A stretch of 64,000 nt of DNA from an uncultured Candidatus Rokubacteria bacterium (GCA_963758635.1 CAVWWD010000003.1:928001-992000), one strand, 5' to 3'. Positions 1 through 10,191 are shown, counted from the stretch's first letter. Notes: generated from the sequence alone by a model not told the origin. Numbers and translations: made by a program.

Positions 1-758
1 TCGGCGCCGAGAAGTTCTTCGACATCAAGTGCCGGTTCGCGGGCCTCTCCCCCGACGCCGCGATGATCGTGGCCACCGCGCGCGCCCTCAAGTACCACGG
101 GGGCGTCGCGATCAAGGACCTCGGGCAGGAGGACGTGGAGGCGGTGCGCCGCGGCATCGACAACCTGGCCGCCCACGTCGAGTCGGTGCGGCAGTTCGGC
201 GTGCCGGTGATCGTGGGCATGAACCGCTACCCCACCGACACCGCCAAGGAGTACGCGGTGGTGAGCGAGGCCTGCGCCCGGCTCGGGGTGCGCGTGGGAT
301 TCGCGGACATCTTCGCGCGGGGCGGCGACGGGGGGCAGGAGCTCGCGCGCGAGGTCCTGGACCTGCTCGACCGCGAGCCGTCGGCCTACAAGCCGCTCTA
401 CCCGCTGGACGCCTCGATCAAGACCAAGCTCTCGACCATCGCCACCCGGGTGTACGGCGCCGACGGCGTCTCCTACTCGGCGCGCGCCGAGCGCCAGATC
501 GCCCAGGCGGAGGCGCTGGGCTACGGCGGCGTGCCCGTCTGCGTGGCCAAGACCCAGCGCTCGCTGAGCGACGACCCGTCGCGGCTGGGACGGCCGCGGG
601 GGTTCACGGTCGCGGTCAACGAGGTCTACATCTCGGCGGGCGCCGGCTTCCTGGTGGCCCTCACCGGCGACATCACCACCATGCCCGGCCTGCCGCGCCG
701 GCCGAACGCCGAGAACGTCGACGTCGCTCCCGACGGGGCCATCACTGGCCTTTTCTGA
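1..758 (+). CDS. fhs: Formate--tetrahydrofolate ligase, C-terminal part (5' truncated by window)
   Basis: GAEKFFDIKCR, VATARALKYHGG, CVAKTQRSLSDDP and ITTMPGLP motifs typical of FTHFS. Confidence 0.95.
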   Translation, partial: GAEKFFDIKCRFAGLSPDAAMIVATARALKYHGGVAIKDLGQEDVEAVRRGIDNLAAHVESVRQFGVPVIVGMNRYPTDTAKEYAVVSEACARLGVRVGFADIFARGGDGGQELAREVLDLLDREPSAYKPLYPLDASIKTKLSTIATRVYGADGVSYSARAERQIAQAEALGYGGVPVCVAKTQRSLSDDPSRLGRPRGFTVAVNEVYISAGAGFLVALTGDITTMPGLPRRPNAENVDVAPDGAITGLF

Positions 759-847
759 TCGCTGCCGCCGGTGAGCGCGCTCCGGCGCGTGTTATACTTA
801 CCGCCGCTCGCTGCTCCGCGCGAGCGTCGTCCCGTGCTTCCGCACTC

Positions 848-1838
848 ATGATCCACGTCGACCATCTGACGAAGCGCTACGGGCCGGTCACGGCCATCCG
901 CGACGTCTCCTTCACGGTCGACGAGGGGAAGGTCGTCGGCTTCCTCGGCCCCAACGGGGCGGGCAAGTCGACGACGATGAAGATCCTCTCGTGCTTCATG
1001 CCGGCCTCGGGGGGCACCGCGACGGTGGCGGGCTTCGACGTCTTCCGCCAGTCGATGGAGGTGCGGCGCCGGATCGGGTACCTCCCGGAGAACGCCCCCC
1101 TCTACCTCGACCTCTCGGTGGCCGCGTACCTGGACTTCGTCGCCGAGATCAAGGGCGTGTCCCGTGGCGCGCGGAAGGCGCGGGTGGCCGAGGTGATGGA
1201 CCGGTGCTTCATCGCCGACATGAAGCACCGGACTGATCGGCAAGCTGTCGAAGGGCTACCGCCAGCGCGTGGGCCTCGCCCAGGCGCTCCTCGGCGATCC
1301 CAAGGTCCTGATCCTCGACGAGCCCACCATCGGGCTGGACCCGCGGCAGATCACCGACATCCGCGCGCTCATCAAGTCGCTGGCCGGGCAGCACACGGTG
1401 ATCCTGTCGACCCACATCCTCCCCGAGGTGCAGATGGTGTGCGACGGCATCGTGATCATCAACCGCGGCCGCATCGTGGCCCAGGGCACCCAGGCGCAGC
1501 TCGTCGAGCAGGTGTTCCCCACCGCGCGCGTGGAGCTGGCCGTGGGCGGACCCGCCGACGCCGTCGCCGCCGCGCTGCGCGCGGTGCCCGGCGTGCTCCG
1601 CGTGGCGCCCATCGAGCCCGTTGGCGCGCAGAACGGCGTGGTCGGCTTCGCCGTCGAGTCGCCCCGCGAGCACGACCTGCGCGAGGAGCTGGGCCGGCTC
1701 GTGCTCGCCCGCGGCTGGCGTCTCATCGAGCTGCACCAGGCCGGCCTCAGCCTGGAGGACGTGTTCATCCGCGTGGTCGCGGGCGAGGAGGCGGCGGAGA
1801 CGGCCACGATCGAGATGACCGCCGCCGAGGGCGCCTGA
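848..1838 (+). CDS. ABC-2 ATP-binding protein (GldA-like); frameshift near 1230
   Basis: Walker A GPNGAGKST; after the frameshift, LSKGYRQRVGLAQAL and ILDEPTIGLD. Confidence 0.88.
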
Positions 1839-2605
1839 TGCGCTGGCTCCCCGTGTTCAAGAAGGAGATGCGGCTGTACTTCGGCTCGCCCGTGGCCTAC
1901 GTGGTGTGCACGTTCTTCCTGGTCATCTCCGGCTTCTTCTTCAGCCAGATCTTCTACTTCTACACGATGCAGTCCATGCAGGCCACGATGAACCCCATGG
2001 CCGGCTCGAACCTGACGCCGACCGAGGGGATCCTCCGGCCGCTCTTCAACAACATGAGCGTGGTGCTGCTGTTCTTCATGCCGATGCTCACGATGCGGCT
2101 CTTCGCCGAGGAGGCGAAGTCGGGGACGATGGAGCTGCTGCTGACCTATCCGGTGCGGGACGGCGAGATCCTGTTCGGCAAGTTCCTCGCCGCCGGCCTC
2201 CTGTACGCGCTCATGCTGGCCTTGACCCTGCTCTATCCGGGCCTGGTCGGGCGCTTCGCGCGGCTCGAGTGGGGCAGCGTCCTCACCGGGTACCTCGGCA
2301 TGCTCCTCCTCGGCGCGGCGTTCCTCAGCATCGGGATCTTCCTGTCCGCCCTCACCGAGAACCAGATCGTCGCCGGCTTCTCCACGTTCGGCGTGCTGCT
2401 GGGGCTCTGGGTCATCGGCTGGGGCGCGGAGTTCGCGAGCGGCACCCTGCGGAGCGTGCTTCAGTACCTCTCCCTGATCGAGCACATGGACGGCTTCGGC
2501 AAGGGCGTGCTCGACACCAAGGACATCGTCTACTACGTCTCGGTGAGCGCGTTCGCCCTGTTCCTGGCCCTGCGCGCCGTCGAGGCGAAGCGCTGGAAGG
2601 GATAG
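1838..2605 (+). CDS. ABC-2 permease (GldF-like)
   Basis: MRWLPVFKKEMRLYFGSPVAY, TMRLFAEEAKSGTMELLLTYP, multiple TM helices; start overlaps upstream stop. Confidence 0.9.
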   Translation: MRWLPVFKKEMRLYFGSPVAYVVCTFFLVISGFFFSQIFYFYTMQSMQATMNPMAGSNLTPTEGILRPLFNNMSVVLLFFMPMLTMRLFAEEAKSGTMELLLTYPVRDGEILFGKFLAAGLLYALMLALTLLYPGLVGRFARLEWGSVLTGYLGMLLLGAAFLSIGIFLSALTENQIVAGFSTFGVLLGLWVIGWGAEFASGTLRSVLQYLSLIEHMDGFGKGVLDTKDIVYYVSVSAFALFLALRAVEAKRWKG

Positions 2606-2609
2606 TGGC

Positions 2610-4250
2610 GTGAGCGCGCTGAAGGCGTGGATCGGCCCGCTCGGCGTGGCGTGTCTCGTGGGCGCCGGCGCCGTGTTCCTGTTCGTGCCCTGGCTGGAGC
2701 GCCTCCGCTGGGCGCTCCTGATCGCGGGCGTCCTGGCTCTCCTCGTCGCGGTGGCGCTCAACGCGCGCGAGCTGGGCGCCGTCCTCGGGCGCCGCTCCGC
2801 CCGCTACGGCCTCGGCCTCGGCGTGACCGCGCTCCTCGCCCTGGCCGTGCTCGTGTTCGCCAACGCGGTGTCGGTCCGGCACAGCGCGCGCTGGGACTTC
2901 ACCGAGAACCGGCGGCACAGCCTCTCGCCGCAAACCCTCAAGATCCTGAAGGGGCTCACGACGCCGGTGCAGGCCATCGCGTTCCCGCGCACCGACACCA
3001 CGAGCAAGCAGAAGACCGAGGACCTCCTCAAGCTCTACGCCGCGTACTCGAGCGGGAAGTTCACGTGGCGGGTGGAGGACCCGGATCGCTCTCCGGGCCT
3101 GGCGCGGCGCTACGGCATCGAGAGCTACGGGACGGTGGTGCTCGAGCGGGCGGGCAAGGGCGAGGCCCGGTCCGAGAAGATCCTCGACGCCGAAGAGGAG
3201 AAGGTGACCAACGGCCTCGTCAAGCTCACCCGGGACGGCAAGCGCGTGATCTACGTCCTCAAGGGGCACGGCGAGCTCGACCCCGCGAACGCGGAGCGGC
3301 CGGGCATGAGCCAGGCGAAGGAGCAGATGGAGAAGGTCAACTACGAGGTGCGGGAGCTCATCCTCGCCCGGGAGGCCAAGGTCCCGGCCGAGGCCGCCAT
3401 CGTGGTGGTGCCAGGGCCGAAGAACGATCTCCTCCCCCCCGAGCTGGAGGCGCTCGACGCGTACATCGCCCGGGGCGGCAAGGTCTTCTTCATGCTCGCG
3501 CCGTTCGAGGCCGATGGGCTTGCCAAGCACCTGGCCCGGTACGGGCTCGAGGTGGCCGACGACCTCGTCATCGAGACCAACCCGGTGGGCCGCCTCTTCA
3601 ACGTGGGGCCGGAGGTGCCCGTCGTCACCCAGTACGAGGGCCATCCGATCACCCGGGAGCTCGGGAACACGATGACGTTCTTCCCCCTCACGCGCTCGAT
3701 CGAGCCGGCCAAGACGCCACCGAAGGGGATCGTGGTGCAGGCCCTCGCCCGGACGAGCGCGCAGTCCTGGGGGGAGACCGACCGGGCGGCGCTCCGGCGC
3801 GGCGAGGTGCAGTTCGACGGTAAGGACCGCAAGGGCCCGCTGCCCGTGGCCGCGGTCGCCACGATCGAGGTCACCGCGGCGCCCGCGCCCGCCGGCAAGG
3901 CCGAGGGCGCCGGCAAGGGTGACGCGACCGGCAAGGGCGAGGCGGGCAAGGGGGACGGCGCCGAGCCGAAGCCCGCGCGCGCGCGGATCGTGGTCATCGG
4001 CACCGCGAACCTGGCCTCGAACCAGTTCCTCGCCGCCCAGGGCAACCGTGACTTCTTCCTGAACGTGATTTCCTGGCTCGCCGAGGAGGAAGACCTCCTC
4101 TCGATCCGACCCCGGGAGGCCACGGCCGCGCCGATCATCCTGACGGCCGCGCAGTCGCAGATGGTGTTCTGGCTGCCGGTCGTCGTGCTGCCGCTGGCGA
4201 TCGTCGCCTCCGGCATCGTGGTGAGGGTGCGCCGGCGGCGCGCCGGCTGA
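2610..4250 (+). CDS. GldG-like ABC auxiliary membrane protein
   Basis: N-terminal TMs, RWDFTENRRHSLS, GHGE, GNRDFFLNVISWL, C-terminal TM. Confidence 0.88.
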   Translation: MSALKAWIGPLGVACLVGAGAVFLFVPWLERLRWALLIAGVLALLVAVALNARELGAVLGRRSARYGLGLGVTALLALAVLVFANAVSVRHSARWDFTENRRHSLSPQTLKILKGLTTPVQAIAFPRTDTTSKQKTEDLLKLYAAYSSGKFTWRVEDPDRSPGLARRYGIESYGTVVLERAGKGEARSEKILDAEEEKVTNGLVKLTRDGKRVIYVLKGHGELDPANAERPGMSQAKEQMEKVNYEVRELILAREAKVPAEAAIVVVPGPKNDLLPPELEALDAYIARGGKVFFMLAPFEADGLAKHLARYGLEVADDLVIETNPVGRLFNVGPEVPVVTQYEGHPITRELGNTMTFFPLTRSIEPAKTPPKGIVVQALARTSAQSWGETDRAALRRGEVQFDGKDRKGPLPVAAVATIEVTAAPAPAGKAEGAGKGDATGKGEAGKGDGAEPKPARARIVVIGTANLASNQFLAAQGNRDFFLNVISWLAEEEDLLSIRPREATAAPIILTAAQSQMVFWLPVVVLPLAIVASGIVVRVRRRRAG

Positions 4251-4260
4251 CGCCCTCCGC

Positions 4261-6027
4261 ATGAGCTGGAAGACCTTCGCGGCGCTCGTCGTCCTCGCCG
4301 CCGGCTTCGGCGCCTTCTACGCCTACGACACGTACTGGCTCTTGCCCGCCCGCGACAAGGCGGAGACGGTCAAGGGCCGCCTCTGGCAGGTCGAGGCCAA
4401 GGACGTGGAGACGGTCACCATCAAGCGCAAGAGCGAGACGCTGAAGCTCGCCCGCGCCGGCGACGGCTGGGAGATGCTCGAGCCGGTCAAGGCGCGCGCC
4501 GATCGCGGCGCCGTCGACGGGCTCGTCACCAGCCTCACCACGGTGCGCGTCGATCGAGAGATCGATCCCTCGCCCGCGAAGCTCACCGACTTCGGCCTCG
4601 ACGCGCCGGACGCCGAGGTCACGATGCAGGTGAAGGGTCAGAAGGAGCCCCTCGCCCTGCTCCTCGGGGGCAAGAGCCCGACGGGCGCGTGGGTCTACGG
4701 CAAGGAGGCGGCCAAGCCCGCGGTGCTCGCGCTCTCGGACTCCGTCTCGCGCGAAGCGGCCCGTCCGGTGCCCGAGCTGCGCGACAAGACCGTGCTCGCC
4801 TTCGATCGCAAGAGCGTCACGGCCATGGACCTCGAGGTCGGCGGGGACCAGATCTCGCTCGAGGCGCAGGACGGCGGGAAGTGGCGGATCGTCAAGCCGC
4901 GGGACTTCGCCGGCGACCCCGACGTCGTGGCCGAGTTCCTCGACAAGCTCGGCGCGGCCAAGGCCGTCGAGTTCGTGGCCGGCGTCGACAAGCCCGCCCA
5001 GTACGGCCTCGACAAGCCGGCCAGGCTCACGCTGTGGACGGGGAAGGACAAGGACCGCGCCTCCAAGGCCCTCCTGTTCGGCCGGCCCGTGCCGGACAAG
5101 AAGGGCGTCTACGTGATGCGCCCCGGCGAGGCCGAGGCCATGCTGACCGGCGAGGAGGTCTGGACGGCCTTTCCGAAAACCGTCGCCGCGCTCCGCAACA
5201 AGGTCGTCGTCACCTACGCGTACGACAAGGTGAAGCGCCTCGACCTCGAGAGCTCGAAGGGCCCCGTGTCGATCGAGAAGGAGGCGTCGGGCTGGAAGCT
5301 CACCGGCCCCGAGACGCTCAAGGCGGACACGGGCGCGGTCACCTCGCTCCTCTGGCGCCTGCGCGACCTGCGCGCCTCCGGGTTCCTGGCCGAGGAGGCG
5401 GCCGACATCCCGCGCTACCTGGCCCGTCCCGAGGTCACGGTGCGCATCTGGGAGGAGGGAGCCAAGGAGCCCCGCACGGTGCTCCTCGGCGCCTCGAAGG
5501 AGGTCCGCGGCGGAGCGCCGGCGGCGGTGGCCGCGGTCGCTGGCCAGGGGCCGGTGATGCTCGTCGACGGCAAGGCGCTCCAGGACTTGGCCAAGACGAC
5601 CGACGACCTGCGCGACAAGTCGCTCGTCCCCGCGTTCGACCTGGGCGACCTGAAGGGCGCCCGGCTGTCCGCGGGCGGCAAGCGCATCGTGGTCGAGCGC
5701 GTCGGCGACCTCGACTGGAAGCTGGTCGAGCCCCGCGGCTCGCTCAAGGCGGGCAAGGTCACCGACGTCCTCCTGGCCGTGAAGGGCCTCGCCTGGAAGG
5801 CCATCGTCTCGCCGAAGGGCGACGACGCGGCGCGGTTCGGGCTCGACACACCCCAGGCCGAGGTGACGCTGATCAAGCGCGACGGGACGGAGCTCGCCAC
5901 GCTCCTCGTCGGCCGCGACGAGGGCGACGTGTCCTACGTCCGGCTGAAGTCCGGCCCGGCGATCTACTCGGTGGACGGCAAGGCGATCGGCGACATCAGG
6001 AAGGCGCCGGCCGAGATCCCCGGCTGA
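4261..6027 (+). CDS. DUF4340 repeat-domain protein
   Basis: N-terminal anchor; repeated FGLDAP/YGLDKP/FGLDTP and LRDK/LRNK units; follows GldG. Confidence 0.82.
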   Translation: MSWKTFAALVVLAAGFGAFYAYDTYWLLPARDKAETVKGRLWQVEAKDVETVTIKRKSETLKLARAGDGWEMLEPVKARADRGAVDGLVTSLTTVRVDREIDPSPAKLTDFGLDAPDAEVTMQVKGQKEPLALLLGGKSPTGAWVYGKEAAKPAVLALSDSVSREAARPVPELRDKTVLAFDRKSVTAMDLEVGGDQISLEAQDGGKWRIVKPRDFAGDPDVVAEFLDKLGAAKAVEFVAGVDKPAQYGLDKPARLTLWTGKDKDRASKALLFGRPVPDKKGVYVMRPGEAEAMLTGEEVWTAFPKTVAALRNKVVVTYAYDKVKRLDLESSKGPVSIEKEASGWKLTGPETLKADTGAVTSLLWRLRDLRASGFLAEEAADIPRYLARPEVTVRIWEEGAKEPRTVLLGASKEVRGGAPAAVAAVAGQGPVMLVDGKALQDLAKTTDDLRDKSLVPAFDLGDLKGARLSAGGKRIVVERVGDLDWKLVEPRGSLKAGKVTDVLLAVKGLAWKAIVSPKGDDAARFGLDTPQAEVTLIKRDGTELATLLVGRDEGDVSYVRLKSGPAIYSVDGKAIGDIRKAPAEIPG

Positions 6028-6140
6028 CCGGCCGGGCGGGGCTCCCAACCGCCCCGGGGAACCGCGCGCGGCTCTCGGCGGTTAGCCATGCGTCCGTGGG
6101 CGGACGCGCATCTTCCTCAAACCAACGGAAGGAGATCGGC

Positions 6141-6701
6141 ATGACCAGGAGACGGCACCTCACGTGCGCCGTCCTGGCGGGCATGATCGGGATCCTGGCC
6201 CTGGCCGGCGTCGCGCACGCGCAGACGCTCGAGGTCGGCCAGAAGGCCCCCGATTTCACGCTCGCCGGGCCGGGCAACAAGCCCGTGAAGCTCTCGGAGC
6301 TGCTCGGGAAGGGCCCCGTCGTCGTCTACACGTTCATCCAGGCCTTCACCGCGACCTGAATCAAGGAGATCGGCGACTTCGAGGCGAACCTCGCCCAGTT
6401 CGAAGCCGCCAACGCCCAGGTCGTGGGTGTGAGCGCCGATCACGTTGCGACCCTCGATGCCTTCCGCAAGGCCAACCCGACCAAGCACCTGCTGCTCTCC
6501 GACTTCCGGCGCACCATGCTGCCGGCATGGGGCGCGCTGAACACCGACGAGAAGAGCCCGATCTTCCGCTACGCCAAGCGGACGTGGTTCATCCTCGACC
6601 GCGAGGGCACCGTCCGGTGGAAGAAGATCAACGACAACGCGCTGGACCTCCTCAAGGCCGACGAGGTGCTCAAGGCGCTCAAGGACTCGGGCGCGTCATG
6701 A
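6141..6701 (+). CDS. Exported peroxiredoxin (AhpC/TSA family), predicted selenoprotein; Sec at TGA 6357-6359
   Basis: SD GGAG, signal peptide, VGQKAPDFTL, FIQAFTAT-TGA-IKEI continuing in-frame to VVGVSAD, LLSDF and KRTWFILDREG; hairpin 6372-6410. Confidence 0.88.
6372..6410 (+). promoter_or_regulatory. Candidate bacterial SECIS hairpin
   Basis: GGCG-A-CTTCGA-GGCGA-ACC-TCGCC-CAGT-TCGAAG-C-CGCC begins 12 nt after the in-frame TGA. Confidence 0.55.
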
Positions 6702-7225
6702 CACGGTCCGTCGCCGCCATGGCGCTGGCGCTCGTCGTGAGCGCCATGGCGGTGGCGTCCGCCGCCGCGCCCGCGTTCGAGCTCAACACGTACGCCCCGC
6801 GGAAGGCCGCGCCCGCGTTCTCCCTGCCCAACCTCGACGGGCGCGGGGTGTCCCTGGAGAGCCTCCGGGGAAAGGTCGTCCTCCTCTTCTTCTGGGCCAC
6901 CTGGTGACCGACCTGCCGGAAGGAGTTGCCTTCCGTCAATCGGCTGCACACGGAGTTGAAGGATCGGGGGCTCGAGGTCGTGCTGGTGACGTTCCGGGAG
7001 TCGCCCGAGGTCGTGGCGCGGGCGGTGCGCGAGCGCGGCTACGTCGCCCCCGTGCTGATCGACGCGAGCGGCGACGTCACGGGCAGGCTCTACGGTGTCT
7101 TCGGCCCCCCCACCGCGTACCTGATCGACCGTAAGGGACAGCTCGTCGCGCGGATCGTCGGCGAGCGCGACTGGTCGACCCCGGAGGCGCGGGCCACGCT
7201 CTCGCGCCTGCTCGAGGAAAGGTAA
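6698..7225 (+). CDS. Exported TlpA/ResA-type thiol-disulfide oxidoreductase, predicted selenoprotein; Sec at TGA 6905-6907
   Basis: Signal peptide, APAFSLPNLDG, RGKVVLLFFWATW-TGA-PTCRKELP (WCxxC equivalent), YGVFGPPTAYLIDRKG; ATGA overlap with the upstream gene. Confidence 0.9.
6917..6935 (+). promoter_or_regulatory. Candidate bacterial SECIS hairpin
   Basis: CGGAAGG-AGTTG-CCTTCCG, perfect 7-bp stem with loop 16 nt after the TGA. Confidence 0.65.
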
Positions 7226-7235
7226 ACTGACCGCC

Positions 7236-7919
7236 GTGACCGACACGCTCTACCTGAAGCAGATGGAGCTGGGCCCGATGCAGAACTTCGTCTACCTCAT
7301 CGGCGACCCGGAGACCCGCGACTGCGTGGCCGTCGACCCGGCGTGGGACATCGACGCCGTGCTCGACGAGGTCGCCGCCGACGGCATGCGCCTGACCGGC
7401 GTGCTCGTGACCCACACGCATCAGGATCACGTGGGCGGCCACCTCTTCGGTCACGACATCCCCGGCATCGCCGAGCTGATGCAGCGGAGCCCGGCGAAGG
7501 TCTACGTCCACAAGGCGGAGCGCGAGTTCCTCAAGGGCTACGGCGGGGACGTCGTCAAGGTGGACGGCGGCGACACGCTCTCCGTCGGCCGGATCCCCGT
7601 GACGTTCCTGCACACGCCCGGGCACACCCCGGGGTCGCAGTGCTTCCTGGTGGACGGCCGGCTCATTTCGGGCGACACGCTGTTCATCCGCTCGTGCGGC
7701 CGCACGGACCTGCCGGGCAGCGATCCGTCGGAGATGTACCGCTCGCTCACCCAGCGGCTCGGGGTGCTGCCGGACGACACCGTGGTCTTTCCCGGCCACA
7801 ACTACGGCGGCGCCGCGACGACCATCGGCGACGAGAAGCGCGAGAACCCGATGATGCGCTTTCCGTCGATGGGCGACTTCCTTCGCGTCATGGGCGGCGG
7901 GCGCATCGTCCGGCCGTAG
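7236..7919 (+). CDS. MBL-fold metallo-hydrolase (glyoxalase II-like)
   Basis: THTHQDH, HTPGHTPGS, SGDTLF, PGHNY motifs. Confidence 0.9.
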   Translation: MTDTLYLKQMELGPMQNFVYLIGDPETRDCVAVDPAWDIDAVLDEVAADGMRLTGVLVTHTHQDHVGGHLFGHDIPGIAELMQRSPAKVYVHKAEREFLKGYGGDVVKVDGGDTLSVGRIPVTFLHTPGHTPGSQCFLVDGRLISGDTLFIRSCGRTDLPGSDPSEMYRSLTQRLGVLPDDTVVFPGHNYGGAATTIGDEKRENPMMRFPSMGDFLRVMGGGRIVRP

Positions 7920-8042
7920 CTCGCTTCCGCCGCCGCGCCTCGATCCCACGCTCGCGCGTCCTCAGTGATCCTCGCAGGATACGGTAACCGCCACGGGCCT
8001 CTACAATCCCACCGCTCGGCACTAGTCTGATGCGCGGGGCTG

Positions 8043-8822
8043 TTAGAGCACGCTCGCGCCCCCGTCCACGTGGAGGACCTGTCCGGTGATGTAGTCCGGG
8101 CAGGTGGCGAAGAAGCAGACCGCCTCCGCCACGTCGTCCGGCCGGCCGTGACGGCCCATGGGCACGCGGGCGGCGAGCCGGCGCCCCATCCTCGAAGGGA
8201 AGCCCTCGGGCAGCAGCACGACCCCGGGCGCCACCGCGTTGACCTGGATCCGCGGCGCGAGCGCGGCGGCGAGGCCCCGCGTGAGCATCACCACGCCCGC
8301 CTTGGAGATGCCGTACGGGATGTAGCCCGGCCACGCGCGCGAGGCGCCCACGTCGGCGATGTTGACGATCCGCCCGCCGCGGCGCCGCATGATCCGGGCC
8401 GCGGCCTGGGCGCAGAAGAAGGCGCCGCGCACGTTCACCGCGATGGCGCGGTCGAACTGCGCCGGCGTCGTGGTGTCGAGCGGTGTGCGCTCGAACACCG
8501 CCGCGTTGTTGACGAGGAGGTCGAGGCGACCGAGGCGGCGCGCCGCCTCGGTCACCAGCCGGCGCGCCGCGGCGGCGTCGGCGAGGTCGGCGCGGAGCGC
8601 GAGCGCCCGCACGCCGAGGGCGGTGAGGTCGCGCACGGTGGCCCGCGCCGCTTTCGCCGAGGCGTGGTAGCCGATGGCGACGTCGCAGCCGTGGCGCGCG
8701 AGGCCGAGCGCGATGGCGCGGCCGACGCGCGCCGCGCCTCCCGTCACGAGCGCCGCCGTGCCGGTCAGCGCGCGCGCGCGCGGCCGCGCTCGGTTGACTT
8801 GCCCTGACCCCTGTGGTGTCAT
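8043..8822 (-). CDS. SDR oxidoreductase, pteridine reductase/FolM-like (start uncertain)
   Basis: TGGAARVG, NNAA, YGISK, APRIQVNAVAPG. Confidence 0.85.
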   Translation of the reverse strand: MTPQGSGQVNRARPRARALTGTAALVTGGAARVGRAIALGLARHGCDVAIGYHASAKAARATVRDLTALGVRALALRADLADAAAARRLVTEAARRLGRLDLLVNNAAVFERTPLDTTTPAQFDRAIAVNVRGAFFCAQAAARIMRRRGGRIVNIADVGASRAWPGYIPYGISKAGVVMLTRGLAAALAPRIQVNAVAPGVVLLPEGFPSRMGRRLAARVPMGRHGRPDDVAEAVCFFATCPDYITGQVLHVDGGASVL

Positions 8823-8831
8823 CGGGCCGAC

Positions 8832-9443
8832 ATGCCGGGCCCGGTGAGCAACTGGCTGAAAGTTCGGTTCATCACCGGCTTCTTCGTGACCGTCCCCGCC
8901 GTTGCCACGTCGTGGCTCCTCTACGTGTTCTGGGACAACATCGACGGGTTCTTCTCGCCGATGTACGAGCGCATCTTCGGGCGGCGGATCCCCGGCCTCG
9001 GCTTCCTCACCGCGATGGTGGTCATCTTCGTCATGGGCACGATCGCGACCAACGTGGTGGGCCGGCGCATCCTGTCCCGGGTCGAGCGCCTGTTCGAGCA
9101 CCTGCCCGTGTTCCGGAGCATCTATCCGTCGATCAAGCAGCTCTTCGAGTCGTTCTCGCCGCAGAAGCGCACGTCGTTCAAGGAGGTCGTGCTCGCCGAG
9201 CACCCGCGCAAGGGCGAGTTCGTGTTCGGCTTCGTGACCTCGGAGCTGCTCCTCGACGGGCCCGACGGCAAGCTCGACATGGTCACGGTATTCGTGCCCA
9301 CCAACAACCTCTACCTGGGCGACGTGATCGTGCTGCCCCGGGGGGAGACCGTGACCACGGGGCTGACCGTCGAGGAAGGCATCCGCGTCATCCTGTCCGC
9401 CGGCACCGCCACGCCGCGGCGGCTGCCGCGCCGGCGCGCCTGA
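8832..9443 (+). CDS. DUF502 family membrane protein
   Basis: FITGFFVTVP, LPVFRSIYPSIKQ, VFVPT motifs. Confidence 0.85.
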   Translation: MPGPVSNWLKVRFITGFFVTVPAVATSWLLYVFWDNIDGFFSPMYERIFGRRIPGLGFLTAMVVIFVMGTIATNVVGRRILSRVERLFEHLPVFRSIYPSIKQLFESFSPQKRTSFKEVVLAEHPRKGEFVFGFVTSELLLDGPDGKLDMVTVFVPTNNLYLGDVIVLPRGETVTTGLTVEEGIRVILSAGTATPRRLPRRRA

Positions 9444-9465
9444 CGCCGGCGGTCGTCCGCCTCCG

Positions 9466-10105
9466 TCACGCCACCGCGCCGATCACGTTCCGGCACCACG
9501 TCTCCACCGCCGCGCCCAGCGGGAACAGCTTGCCGAAGAAGAAGTGGTCGGCGCCCTCGATCACCGTGACGGTCGCGGCGGGCATGCGTCGGCCCAGGTC
9601 CTCGAGCGCGTCGACCGGACAGTACTGGTCTCGGGAGCCCGCCACGACGAGGGTGGGGTGGACGGCCGGCGCCGCGCTCACGTCGAGCATCGAGAGCGGC
9701 GGCGCGACCAGGCACAGCCCGGCCAGCGCGGCCGGGTCCTCGCCGGCGACCCGCGCGGAGATCCACGCCCCGAACGAGTAGCCGGCCAGCGCGATCCGAC
9801 GCTCCGCGCCGACCCGAGCGGCGAGGCCAGCGAGGGCCGCCCGGACGTCCGCCTGTTCCGCGCCCTTGCCGTCACGGGGTCCGGTCGATGCCCCGACCCC
9901 CCGGAAATTGAAGCGCAGCGTGGCCAGGCCCAGCCCCCAGGCTACCTCGGCGCACCGGATCACGACGGGGTTGTCCATGTCGCCCCCGTACAGCGGGTGC
10001 GGATGGCAGACCACGAGCCCGCCGGCGGGCGATGCGGGGAGCGCCGATCCTCGCCTCGAGGCGCGGCCCTCCGGGAACGTCCACGGTCAGGGGAGCTTCG
10101 TCCAC
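9466..10105 (-). CDS. Alpha/beta hydrolase; frameshift near 10030
   Basis: CHPHPLYGGDMDNPVV, LRFNFRGVGAS, GYSFG, GADHFF. Confidence 0.85.
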
Positions 10106-10191
10106 GGGTGGTCCGTCCTTGCTCGCTGCGGCGCGGCGGGAATAATCCCGTCCGGCTGGCCGTCAGAGGGTTCGGAGGTATACTTCACGCG

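Noticed and set aside
7920..8042. Intergenic region as tRNA-Sec or another ncRNA
   Set aside because: No cloverleaf, T-loop or recognisable motif found by eye on either strand
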